Below, piece by piece: positions 8,469-16,357 of a DNA stretch of 64,000 bases. Both the position numbers and the translations under genes were made by a program. Under the pieces are notes generated by a model, which worked only from the letters and a program-made list of their open reading frames with translations, was not told the origin of the DNA and ran no database searches. Within the stretch, counting starts at the first letter, position 1; every line of letters starts with the position of its first letter. This stretch comes from Anaerolineales bacterium. GTDB lineage: Bacteria; Chloroflexota; Anaerolineae; Anaerolineales; UBA4823. The stretch spans positions 133,999-197,998 of the forward strand of contig PQAL01000037.1 of NCBI GenBank assembly GCA_003105035.1, given 5' to 3'.

Positions 8469-9404
8469 TTAACAATCGTCCAATTCACCTATCGCATTTG
8501 CTAAATCCTCTTCTCCCGGTGTTGTATAAATCCTGGTTGTATTCAAGTTGCAATGCCCCAACAGTGCCGCGACCTTTTCCAGAGATACGTCTGCATCGAT
8601 CAATGCTTTTGCAAAACTATGCCGTAAGGTATGGGGAGTAATGTTCTTCAACCCAGCTTTCTTCGCAAAGCGCTGTACAGCTCGCTGAACCGTCTTGCTC
8701 TGCACACCATCATTTCGTTGACTAAGAAAGAGATCATTTTTCTCCGTGTCTGGCCTCATATGCAAATAATCGAGTAAAGCCTTTCGTGCTTTTGAATTCA
8801 ACGGGATCTCCCGCCGTTTCGTTCCCTTCCCCTCTCTGACGACCACACTCCCCTTGCGCTCATCCAGAATAATATCGCTCACGCGCAATTGGATAATCTC
8901 ACCCACACGCAGCCCAGCAAATAAAATCAGTTTGACAATAGCTGCATCCCTTAAGTACATTAATCGTAGGCGCGGGTAACAGCGCATAGCATCTTCAACT
9001 TCCTTATCCACTGCACGAAGTAAGGCTGCACGTTGCTTCTTATCCAGCCATTTCGGAGCCAGTGCCACCTCTTTCACCGCCTTAACTCCTTGCACCGGGT
9101 TACGACCATTCTTGACATATCCAGCCTGCTCTAACCAGTGGGCATATACTGCTAGAGCTGCGAGCCGCCGGTTGATCGTCTTGGGCTTATTGGCCTGGTC
9201 AAGTAGATATTGCTTGTATCCTCTCACGGCATCGTTTGTTAAACCTTCAGGAGTCAGTGACTCTCGGTTCTGCTTTTCGAACCACTGCGCGAACAGACAC
9301 ACATCCCCGGTATACCCCACGATTGTCACCGGCGAGCGATCCTCTGCAAGTAGATAAGCCCGAAATTCATCCAGATGCAGGTCGTCTATCATTTTTATAT
9401 CCAT
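8469..9404 (-). CDS. Tyrosine recombinase (XerC/D-like integrase or resolvase)
   Basis: AGLRVGE (R), GKGTKRR (K), TPHTLRHSFA (HxxR), LLGHCNLNTTRIY (H, Y). N-terminal SAM-like domain. Confidence 0.92.
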   Translation of the reverse strand: MDIKMIDDLHLDEFRAYLLAEDRSPVTIVGYTGDVCLFAQWFEKQNRESLTPEGLTNDAVRGYKQYLLDQANKPKTINRRLAALAVYAHWLEQAGYVKNGRNPVQGVKAVKEVALAPKWLDKKQRAALLRAVDKEVEDAMRCYPRLRLMYLRDAAIVKLILFAGLRVGEIIQLRVSDIILDERKGSVVVREGKGTKRREIPLNSKARKALLDYLHMRPDTEKNDLFLSQRNDGVQSKTVQRAVQRFAKKAGLKNITPHTLRHSFAKALIDADVSLEKVAALLGHCNLNTTRIYTTPGEEDLANAIGELDDC

Positions 9405-9509
9405 CCTTCTTTGTTCGTGTTTACCCTATTCAGGGTGATTTTTATTCCGCATGACCTGATATAGCCATTTGCTTTGTTGCGAAGCTCCTGGGCCTTCCTG
9501 GTGGCTTAA

Positions 9510-9602
9510 AGGACGTCCTATCTCAGCAAATGCAGTATTTGGTAGGACGCCCTAATAGGACGTCCTTATAGGACGCCCCATCTTTTTCCATAGGACGCCC
9601 TA
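9510..9602. repeat. Array of five AGGACG(T/C)CC quasi-palindromes; candidate parS centromere
   Basis: Copies at 9510, 9544, 9557, 9570 and 9592. Three have an exact 13-bp period. AGGACGTCCT is a perfect palindrome. Directly downstream of parA-RHH. Confidence 0.7.
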
Positions 9603-10022
9603 TCGCGGACCATTTTCACCATTTCGGAGAACCTCCTCGGCGTGTCGGTTGAGGTCGATATTCCACTCAAATTTCCTGCAGCCAGAGGACGCCTTGTAGC
9701 CCCACAAGCTGATCATGCGTGTCTCCAACCGGAGCACCGGTTCATAAAGCAAGAAGGCAACCAACTGGCTGACCGGCACACCTTCTTTCTTGGCCAGGAT
9801 CTCCAGGCGCTTTTTTAAGTCGACCGGCAGTTCCAGGTTGACCCGCTTTGCCAAGCGCTTCTGTGCTCGCTCCCGTTCTTTCTTTCGCTGAGAGCGCAGG
9901 TTTTTCGGTAGGTGAGATTCGACGTTGCGGCGCGCTCCCTGGTCCAACAGGGACTCGACGGCTGGGTCGATACCGGGAAGATCGTCAAAACCGGTGAAGC
10001 CTTGCTTGCTCGTGTTTTTCAT
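9600..10022 (-). CDS. Ribbon-helix-helix protein, probable ParA partner (ParG-like)
   Basis: KRVNLELPVDLKKRLEILAKKEGVPVSQLVAFLL RHH pattern after a flexible basic N-terminus. Overlaps the parA stop by 4 bp. Confidence 0.65.
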   Translation of the reverse strand: MKNTSKQGFTGFDDLPGIDPAVESLLDQGARRNVESHLPKNLRSQRKKERERAQKRLAKRVNLELPVDLKKRLEILAKKEGVPVSQLVAFLLYEPVLRLETRMISLWGYKASSGCRKFEWNIDLNRHAEEVLRNGENGPR

Positions 10023-10792
10023 ATCAGCTCCTGGATGCGTTCTAAAACTTGAATGTATCCACCGATACGCCTATTGCCCTGGTCATAACCAGTCAGGGCT
10101 TTGGCGTTCGGTTCGTAATCCCACAGGGTCTTCCCGAAACGACTAGCAACCCTACATTGGGTATCCTGTGGGATAGGCGGCAGCACAAGCTTTCCAAAGG
10201 TTTGTGCCAGGTGGATGAGTTGGTCATGGCTCTCCAAGGTTACCCGCTCGTAGAAAGTCGGGAGGATGCCCGCCACTTGGCAATGGCTGATCCGCTTCAG
10301 CGCCGCCAGGGTTTGTAAGGCATCCCTCACACCATTGACCGCCAGTTTGTCCAGGCGGGTGGGGATTAGCAGATAATCGGCAGCGACGATTGCTGCAAAG
10401 TGCAGTAGATCCACGGAGGGGGCGCAGTCGAGGGCGATCACATCATAGTCTGAACCTTGCAATACATCCGCTAGGATATATTCCCGCAGAGTCACGCCTG
10501 CGAGGGTTTGCTTCAAGGAGGTTGTGCTCTTGTCGGAACGGATGATTGCTAGGCGGTCCAACCCACTTGGGGTGATTGCCTGATCAAGCGGAATGTGTAG
10601 ATCGGGAGAGAGAAGGCGACGGAGATCGTCACCGTGAGGCAATCCCAGGCTATCAGCAACGTTTCCTTGGGTATCCAGATCGACTAGAAGCAAATGGTAT
10701 CCCATTCTGGCTAGACCTGAGGCCAGCGTGACCGCGGTAGTCGTTTTACCCACTCCGCCTTTCTGATTCAGGATTGCGAAGATTGTTGGCAT
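10019..10792 (-). CDS. parA: ParA/Soj-family ATPase
   Basis: NQKGGVGKTTT deviant Walker A, LVDLDTQGN, ALDCAPS. Confidence 0.92.
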   Translation of the reverse strand: MPTIFAILNQKGGVGKTTTAVTLASGLARMGYHLLLVDLDTQGNVADSLGLPHGDDLRRLLSPDLHIPLDQAITPSGLDRLAIIRSDKSTTSLKQTLAGVTLREYILADVLQGSDYDVIALDCAPSVDLLHFAAIVAADYLLIPTRLDKLAVNGVRDALQTLAALKRISHCQVAGILPTFYERVTLESHDQLIHLAQTFGKLVLPPIPQDTQCRVASRFGKTLWDYEPNAKALTGYDQGNRRIGGYIQVLERIQELI

Positions 10793-10942
10793 ATAACCTC
10801 CTTGAATTTAGTTTTCATATTGACCTACTGTCTAGCTCCACAAATCATGAGGTATATCCAGCAAATCATCAGTGTCAGCATCCTCATTGCCTTGGGAGAG
10901 CAACTGGGTGAACAGCCACTGCTGTTCAGTGGGCATTTGCAG

Positions 10943-11275
10943 TCAGAGATCGGTTTCTTCGGTTTTCCTCGAGTGAGCATCCGGGTCATCAATCCACCTG
11001 CTGGAGACGAACTCATGGTATGCTCGCCCAATCCGGATCAGCCGCCGGGCGATGAGATACATAGCCAGAACGAACAGCACCGCGAAGGCTAATGTCACCA
11101 ATAGCAGAATCAGGGTTTGAGCGCGGCTTATGTCGCTGACACCCTGGTTAGCTAGTTGAGCTGTTCGCGTTGTTTCGAAAATGCGCGGAGCCTGGGCGGT
11201 ACCCACCGCGTTGCCTCTTGACCCATAGGCAACCAGCACAGGTATAATCAGGATGAAGAATCCGATCTTTTTCAT
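10943..11275 (-). CDS. Hypothetical membrane protein
   Basis: Signal-like N-terminus MKKIGFFILIIPVLVAYG plus one TM helix. RBS AGAGGTG upstream of the ATG at 11275. Confidence 0.55.
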   Translation of the reverse strand: MKKIGFFILIIPVLVAYGSRGNAVGTAQAPRIFETTRTAQLANQGVSDISRAQTLILLLVTLAFAVLFVLAMYLIARRLIRIGRAYHEFVSSRWIDDPDAHSRKTEETDL

Positions 11276-11304
11276 GTCACACCTCTGTGATTTTGAATGA
11301 ACCA

Positions 11305-13395
11305 TTAATAACCAGTATCAGGAACAGGTATGCCCAGCTGATCCGCTAACGTTCGCAAGCGATCTCGTGGCCCGCCTTCCATTGCTTTCCGCCAAGCCTG
11401 ATCCCAGGGACTTTGTCCAGCCAATTCCCTGGTCAGCATGTCTGCCAGCTCACTGGCTGGTAATTTAGCAAGCTTATCCAGAGCACCTCCCGCGCCGTGA
11501 GTTGGATCAGGAATCAGGCGGCTAACAGCATGTGCGATGGGATCACGTATCCCAACGCCCGCCAGGCTGGCTGAATAGAGAAGCCAGGAAACAAATGACT
11601 GAGCATTGAGGCTGTTTTCCATGAGCATTTCCTGGTTTTTTACACCTACCCGGTTTCGAGAGAGTAATTCTGACAAATTCCATTCTGCGCCTACCACCCC
11701 CTTCTCATGCCTAGCGAAGGGGTCCGCAAGGTCAGATTTAATGCCGTCACCGGCGGTGGTTGGAGTATTTTTCTTGGGAGTTAAACCAAGCGCTAAGGTA
11801 TTTAAACTGTGCCACTCGCGCCAATCAAAGGTGACAGCTGCGCCATTCTTATGAGTGTCATTCCCGCCAAGAGATGTACCATTCGCGCCAACAGGAGTGT
11901 CAATCGCGCCAATATAGGTGCTAACTGCGCCAACGGGAGCGTTGATCGTTTCACTGCTAATGGTGTCAGATTCGCCTTTATGGGTGTCAACCGCGCCAAT
12001 AACGCTATCGGTTCGTTTATCCCTAATAGTGTCATTTGCGCCAAAGCCTCTCTTGGCTAACATTCCATTTGCCCGTATCCGGTCTTCCTCAGTCATCGGC
12101 TCACCCAAGCAAACTTTGAAGCGGCGTGGCGATTCTTCCCAATCATCGATCTCATGCCTTATCTCGCGAACAAACCGGGCGACATCATCAATACGAAGCC
12201 ATTCCCAAATGGTTTTGACGCGTTTCAAACCCAACCAGTCAGCAATCTCTGAATAACCCTGGTCTACCAGAGCTTCATCCCGGATTTCGCCTGTACGTGG
12301 GTTTAGGTAACATCGATCGCGGATCAGCACCACGAACCATCCCTGCCCATGACCTAATTTAGGCAACCATCGGGTTACGAAGTAGTGCGTCAGGAAGACC
12401 AGGTCTCTGGGAGGCATCAGGTGTTGCGCCAGCTGATCAGCGAGTTCCTGGAAGTGCGACCGGTCGTTTTCCGATATCGGACCACACACGGCATGCAATA
12501 CATCTTGGACTGAATGGAGTTCGATGCTTCCATCTCTATATGATGGTGTGTTCTCATGTCGTGGGATCAGCTCATCCACCGGGATTTCTAAAGCATCCTG
12601 GAGCGCTGCAAGTGGGTTTTTTCCTTCAGCCAGACTCTTGTAAAGCCAGGCGCGGAGAGAAAGCTCGTCGGCTGGAGTTAGGGGGAGGGTCATCGCCACC
12701 CGGTAGTAGCGAGGTGTCCGGTGGGGGTGATTGTCATTTCCATATTGCCACTGGGGTTTATCCTCAGCAGGTGTAACCAGATCGCGTAAGCGCTGCCATG
12801 TATCGGGGTTTGCAGAGTACCGCCGGAAGGTGCGCAGGCTCATCCCAGAGTACCTAGCTACGTTCTTCGCTGGAGCGCCAAACATCTTACCGGGCTGCTT
12901 GGCTGCACCAGCTTCGTAAGCTGCCTGGCGAAAGCCAATGTACAGCCAGGCCAGATCCAAACCAAGCACCGAAATGAACCGGAGAAAGTATCCAGGAACG
13001 ACGATCACCTGGTGGGGCTGGACGATCTCATCGTAAATCGACTGGTATTCCGCCTGAAGCGAGAGCACAGCTGGATCTTCCATGGGAGCCGAATTTTCGT
13101 CCTCATGGGGCTTTTCGATCCCGTCTTCACTCGTTTCTTCTACAACAATGAATCGAACCTCCACCTTTTGGTTCAAGATCCCGATCAGCAAGCGGGTGAA
13201 GGTACTGGTCAGGCGGCTGGCGAGCCACTCGCGGCCATACTCATTCGGTGTGCCCACGGTGAATATTCCCTCTTCAAAGGAGATAAAGCTTGCATCCTGT
13301 ACCCAGGTATCAAAAGAGGATTTCGGCATATCTAATCGCAGCTGATCGAGGGTTATTTGCAAGGCTTTCTCTGGGCTAAATGATGCACCTTTCAT
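11305..13395 (-). CDS. Putative replication initiator with N-terminal DnaA domain I and two wHTH-like modules
   Basis: LDQLRLDMPKSSFDTWVQD..VGTPNEYGREWLASRL is DnaA_N-like. Duplicated YF...LG...W modules. Internal 7-aa repeats. Sits between xis and parA. Confidence 0.7.
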   Translation of the reverse strand: MKGASFSPEKALQITLDQLRLDMPKSSFDTWVQDASFISFEEGIFTVGTPNEYGREWLASRLTSTFTRLLIGILNQKVEVRFIVVEETSEDGIEKPHEDENSAPMEDPAVLSLQAEYQSIYDEIVQPHQVIVVPGYFLRFISVLGLDLAWLYIGFRQAAYEAGAAKQPGKMFGAPAKNVARYSGMSLRTFRRYSANPDTWQRLRDLVTPAEDKPQWQYGNDNHPHRTPRYYRVAMTLPLTPADELSLRAWLYKSLAEGKNPLAALQDALEIPVDELIPRHENTPSYRDGSIELHSVQDVLHAVCGPISENDRSHFQELADQLAQHLMPPRDLVFLTHYFVTRWLPKLGHGQGWFVVLIRDRCYLNPRTGEIRDEALVDQGYSEIADWLGLKRVKTIWEWLRIDDVARFVREIRHEIDDWEESPRRFKVCLGEPMTEEDRIRANGMLAKRGFGANDTIRDKRTDSVIGAVDTHKGESDTISSETINAPVGAVSTYIGAIDTPVGANGTSLGGNDTHKNGAAVTFDWREWHSLNTLALGLTPKKNTPTTAGDGIKSDLADPFARHEKGVVGAEWNLSELLSRNRVGVKNQEMLMENSLNAQSFVSWLLYSASLAGVGIRDPIAHAVSRLIPDPTHGAGGALDKLAKLPASELADMLTRELAGQSPWDQAWRKAMEGGPRDRLRTLADQLGIPVPDTGY
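11809..12044. repeat. Nine imperfect 16-bp direct repeats GTGTCA-N3-GCGCCAA (iteron-like) inside the Rep gene
   Basis: Copies start at 11809, 11831, 11855, 11876, 11897, 11918, 11963, 11984 and 12029. Several are spaced exactly 21 bp. Confidence 0.8.
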
Positions 13396-13400
13396 GGCCG

Positions 13401-13649
13401 CTATCGACCGCTCGCTTTCCGATCGGCAACAGATTTGTTATAACCGTTCTTATTCAGAAACTTTCCAACGGCATCTTCTGGGACACGGAAAGTGCGAGGG
13501 CCGAATTGAATGGCTTCGAGATTGCCATCCTTGATCCAACGATAAACGGTTTTCGGGTGGACGCGTGCCCATTCTGCAACTTCGAGCACTGTGAGCAAGT
13601 TCCTGGCATTCCAGGTGCTCGACGGTGGGTGGACAGATTGTGTTGTCAT
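13401..13649 (-). CDS. xis: Excisionase-family HTH DNA-binding protein
   Basis: LLTVLEVAEWARVHPKTVYRWIKDGNLEAIQFGPRTFRVPED, a classic MerR-like Xis pattern. RBS GGGAGA upstream. Confidence 0.85.
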   Translation of the reverse strand: MTTQSVHPPSSTWNARNLLTVLEVAEWARVHPKTVYRWIKDGNLEAIQFGPRTFRVPEDAVGKFLNKNGYNKSVADRKASGR

Positions 13650-13682
13650 CTCATTTTCTCCCACCGGCTTTTCGGGAGAATC

Positions 13683-13738
13683 AAAAAGCCGGCTCTCAAT
13701 CTGACTTGTCAAACATAGGTTCAGATCGAGAGCCGGCT
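13683..13738 (-). terminator. Intrinsic terminator downstream of tRNA-Ser
   Basis: 18-bp stem AGCCGGCTCTCGATCTGA / TCAGATTGAGAGCCGGCT (one G-U pair) followed by a T run on the minus strand. Confidence 0.75.
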
Positions 13739-13769
13739 AATAATTACTTTTAGCTCACTTTACGCTCTG

Positions 13770-13857
13770 CGGAGAGGGTGGGATTCGAACCCACGGTGGG
13801 GACGAGCCCCACAACGGTTTTCGAGACCGTCCCATTCAACCACTCTGGCACCTCTCC
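13770..13857 (-). tRNA. tRNA-Ser(CGA)
   Basis: Reverse complement GGAGAGGTGCCAGAGTGGTTGAATGGGACGGTCTCGAAAACCGTTGTGGGGCTCGTCCCCACCGTGGGTTCGAATCCCACCCTCTCCG. Anticodon CGA, long variable arm, G discriminator, CCA not encoded. Confidence 0.96.
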
Positions 13858-13871
13858 CATGCGCGCAGACC

Positions 13872-13880
13872 ATTATACCA
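13872..13880 (-). promoter_or_regulatory. Extended -10 promoter of tRNA-Ser
   Basis: TGGTATAAT on the minus strand, 14 bp upstream of the mature 5' end, followed by a GC-rich discriminator-like stretch. Confidence 0.55.
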
Positions 13881-13893
13881 AGATGTTTTTATT

Positions 13894-14154
13894 TCACAGC
13901 CTGAAGATTTCATGCCCGGCTTGTTCAGCCTCTGCAATGATCTTCTTAGCTTCTTCTTTGACTTCAGGTGTAGCACTGGGTGTTTTCGGAATAAACTGGA
14001 CCAGCTCGCGTGCCTGGCGTAACAATCCTTTCACCTCAGCCATGTATGATAGATCGTACTTCCCACCCCACTCTGGAACGGGGTAATCACGCGCCTCCTG
14101 GATTAACCCGCGAGCTCGTTTGATGCGCTCCGCAGCCGTTATCAAGCGTGCCAT
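13894..14154 (-). CDS. Hypothetical helical protein
   Basis: ORF with a strong RBS (AAAGGAGGA) before MARLITAAE, downstream of the beta-CASP gene. Confidence 0.65.
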   Translation of the reverse strand: MARLITAAERIKRARGLIQEARDYPVPEWGGKYDLSYMAEVKGLLRQARELVQFIPKTPSATPEVKEEAKKIIAEAEQAGHEIFRL

Positions 14155-14199
14155 GAATCCTCCTTTGCAGCTCATCCTCTCCAATTGCATCTTTTGACT

Positions 14200-15603
14200 T
14201 CACCGTTCGATCTCCACGCTTTCTTGCCAGGTGGGATAAATTGGTTTTTCCATGCCAGCTTCAACCAGTTTCTCAGAGAGTGCTTCAGCTGGCCCAGTCT
14301 CGCCATGTACCAGGTATAGCTGCTTCACGCTGTGCTTAACCCGCAAAGCATATTCCAACAAAAAGTCTTGCCCAGCATGCGCAGACAGCCCTCCAATAGT
14401 CGCCACTTCAGCTTTTACAGCATACTCCTCACCATATATCCGCACCCTCTTTTCCTTATCCGCCAACCTGCGTCCCAGCGTATAGGGTGCCTGCCAGGAG
14501 ACGATCAGGATGGTGTTCCTGGGATTTTCGATATTATTACGCAGGTGATGCAGGATTCGCCCAGCCTCTGCCATTCCCGAGGCTGATATGATAATCATCG
14601 GATCGGTGCGGCTGTTCAATGCTTTCGATTGCTCCACCGAACGGGTATAGATCAGCCGGTCGAATCCCAGGGCAGTATGATGTTTATCAGCCTTGATAAA
14701 CTGCTTGGTCTGATCATCGAAGCACTCGGGATGCAGCTTGAAGATATCGGAGGCGTTAACTGCCAGGGGGCTATCTACATATACCGGAACACTGGGAAGC
14801 TGATGGCTTTCGATCATCTGATGAAGCGCATAAACGATTTCCTGCGTCCGGCCAACGGCAAAGGCTGGGATGATCACCTTGCCCCCTCGTTTCAAAGTCC
14901 GCCCGACAACCTGGCGCAGTTCATCATAGGCAATTTCAGGGTCAGTGTGCGGTTTATCTCCGTAGGTACATTCCATGATGAGAATGTCTGCCCCGTCAGG
15001 CAGGATGGGATCGCGGATTAAGGGCAGCTTACGCCGGCCGATATCTCCGCTGAACCACAGGCGTACTTTGAGCCCTTTTTCCTCGACATCCAGCACAACT
15101 CCAGCTGATCCTAAGATATGCCCCGCGTCCACGAGTCGTGCGGTTACACCTGGGATGGGCTCAAAATCCTGGTCATATTTTACCGGATTGAAATACTGTG
15201 CCACCTGGGCAGCCTCCACCTGCGAATAAATGGGTGTAGTCAAAGGTTGCCCCTGCTTGATCCGACGCTTGTTTAGGAATTCAGCATCAGCTTCCTGAAT
15301 GTGCCCGGCGTCCATGAGCATGATGTTCGCCAGATGAGCAGTCGCGGAGGTAGTATAAATTGGACCGTTGTAGCCCTGTTTCACCAGGTTAGGCAAGTTG
15401 CCACTGTGGTCAATATGGGCATGTGAAAGGATGACCGCATCGATTTGCCACGGGGAGAAGGGGAAGTTACAGTTTCGATCATATGACTCCTGGCGTTTAC
15501 CCTGGAAAAAACCACAATCCAAGAGTAATTTGGCACCATTGATAGTCAACAGGTGTTGCGATCCTGTAACAGTCTGGGCCGCACCGTCAAATTTTATCTG
15601 CAT
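14200..15603 (-). CDS. MBL-fold beta-CASP ribonuclease
   Basis: GAAQTVTGS, SHAHIDHSG, AGHILGS, FSGDIG, AVGRTQE, LSAHA, LVHGE motifs. Confidence 0.93.
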   Translation of the reverse strand: MQIKFDGAAQTVTGSQHLLTINGAKLLLDCGFFQGKRQESYDRNCNFPFSPWQIDAVILSHAHIDHSGNLPNLVKQGYNGPIYTTSATAHLANIMLMDAGHIQEADAEFLNKRRIKQGQPLTTPIYSQVEAAQVAQYFNPVKYDQDFEPIPGVTARLVDAGHILGSAGVVLDVEEKGLKVRLWFSGDIGRRKLPLIRDPILPDGADILIMECTYGDKPHTDPEIAYDELRQVVGRTLKRGGKVIIPAFAVGRTQEIVYALHQMIESHQLPSVPVYVDSPLAVNASDIFKLHPECFDDQTKQFIKADKHHTALGFDRLIYTRSVEQSKALNSRTDPMIIISASGMAEAGRILHHLRNNIENPRNTILIVSWQAPYTLGRRLADKEKRVRIYGEEYAVKAEVATIGGLSAHAGQDFLLEYALRVKHSVKQLYLVHGETGPAEALSEKLVEAGMEKPIYPTWQESVEIER

Positions 15604-15779
15604 ATAGCCTCCTTGATCAGTTACCTTGTGTATTATAGCCCAAGGGTACCTGCATAAGTAATGAGCAACCTATTCAATACAAGCCTGACAGATGAAAATT
15701 CCGAGGCTAAAACACCTTTGTTTGTGCTAAAATAGTAATCAGCCAAAAGTGTTTTCCAAACCGAATAGGCTATTGATCA

Positions 15780-16151
15780 ATGTCTGATAAGGCATCAATC
15801 CTGGTTATTGATGATGAAGAAAGCATACGCTGGACGCTGGCAAAAATCCTCCAGCGTGAAGGCTATGAGGTAGCAACCGCAGCCACGATTAAGGATGCCT
15901 GGGCATGCTTGCAAGGCAGCTCTTATGACCTGGTATTCCTGGATATCAAGCTACCCGATGCCAATGGGCTCACTGTACTGCCTGAGCTGCGAAACCGATT
16001 TCCAAGAACACATGTGGTGGTTCTCAGCGCTCAGGATAAATTGGATACCGCTCTTGAGGCCGTCGTAGGGGGGGCTCGTGATTACCTGCTGAAACCGATT
16101 GATCCTCCCGATCTGCTGTTACGCATCCAAGAGATCCTCTCCGATAGTTAA
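15780..16151 (+). CDS. Single-domain response regulator (receiver)
   Basis: LVIDDE, FLDIKLPDANG, YLLKP. Confidence 0.9.
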   Translation: MSDKASILVIDDEESIRWTLAKILQREGYEVATAATIKDAWACLQGSSYDLVFLDIKLPDANGLTVLPELRNRFPRTHVVVLSAQDKLDTALEAVVGGARDYLLKPIDPPDLLLRIQEILSDS

Positions 16152-16357
16152 TCAAAGCAATTGCATCAAATAATTTCTGTTTTGATTGCAACCGGTGAAC
16201 CCAGCATGCATTCGATTTTTTATTTACCTGATATGGCTCACCAAATATTGTGACCTGCATCCCCCTTTGATACACTCAAAACGTCTTAACGAAGACCACC
16301 TTTATGCAGTCACCTTTCCCGATAATAATTTTTCCGCAGGAATATTCTTGCGGATAA

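Larger units (their letters stand above)
1..13769. mobile_element. Integrative element / defence island inserted at the 3' end of tRNA-Ser(CGA); left boundary outside the window
   Basis: Lies directly downstream of the tRNA 3' end. Carries xis, Rep, ParA/RHH, a tyrosine recombinase and defence cargo. Housekeeping genes resume on the other side of the tRNA. No second att copy was noticed in the window. Confidence 0.8.

Noticed and set aside
9444-9471. Xer-like site upstream of the tyrosine recombinase (TTCCGCATGA-CCTGAT-ATAGCCATTT)
   Set aside because: Only one arm resembles a Xer box and the dyad symmetry is too weak to support a call.
11809-12044. Possible CRISPR array
   Set aside because: Units are only 16 bp, degenerate, mostly separated by 5-8 bp and inside a CDS. 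No cas genes are present.
13778-14086. 102-aa ORF MGFEPTVGTSPTTVFETVPF...
   Set aside because: Antisense translation of the tRNA-Ser gene and the neighbouring CDS, a classic spurious ORF.
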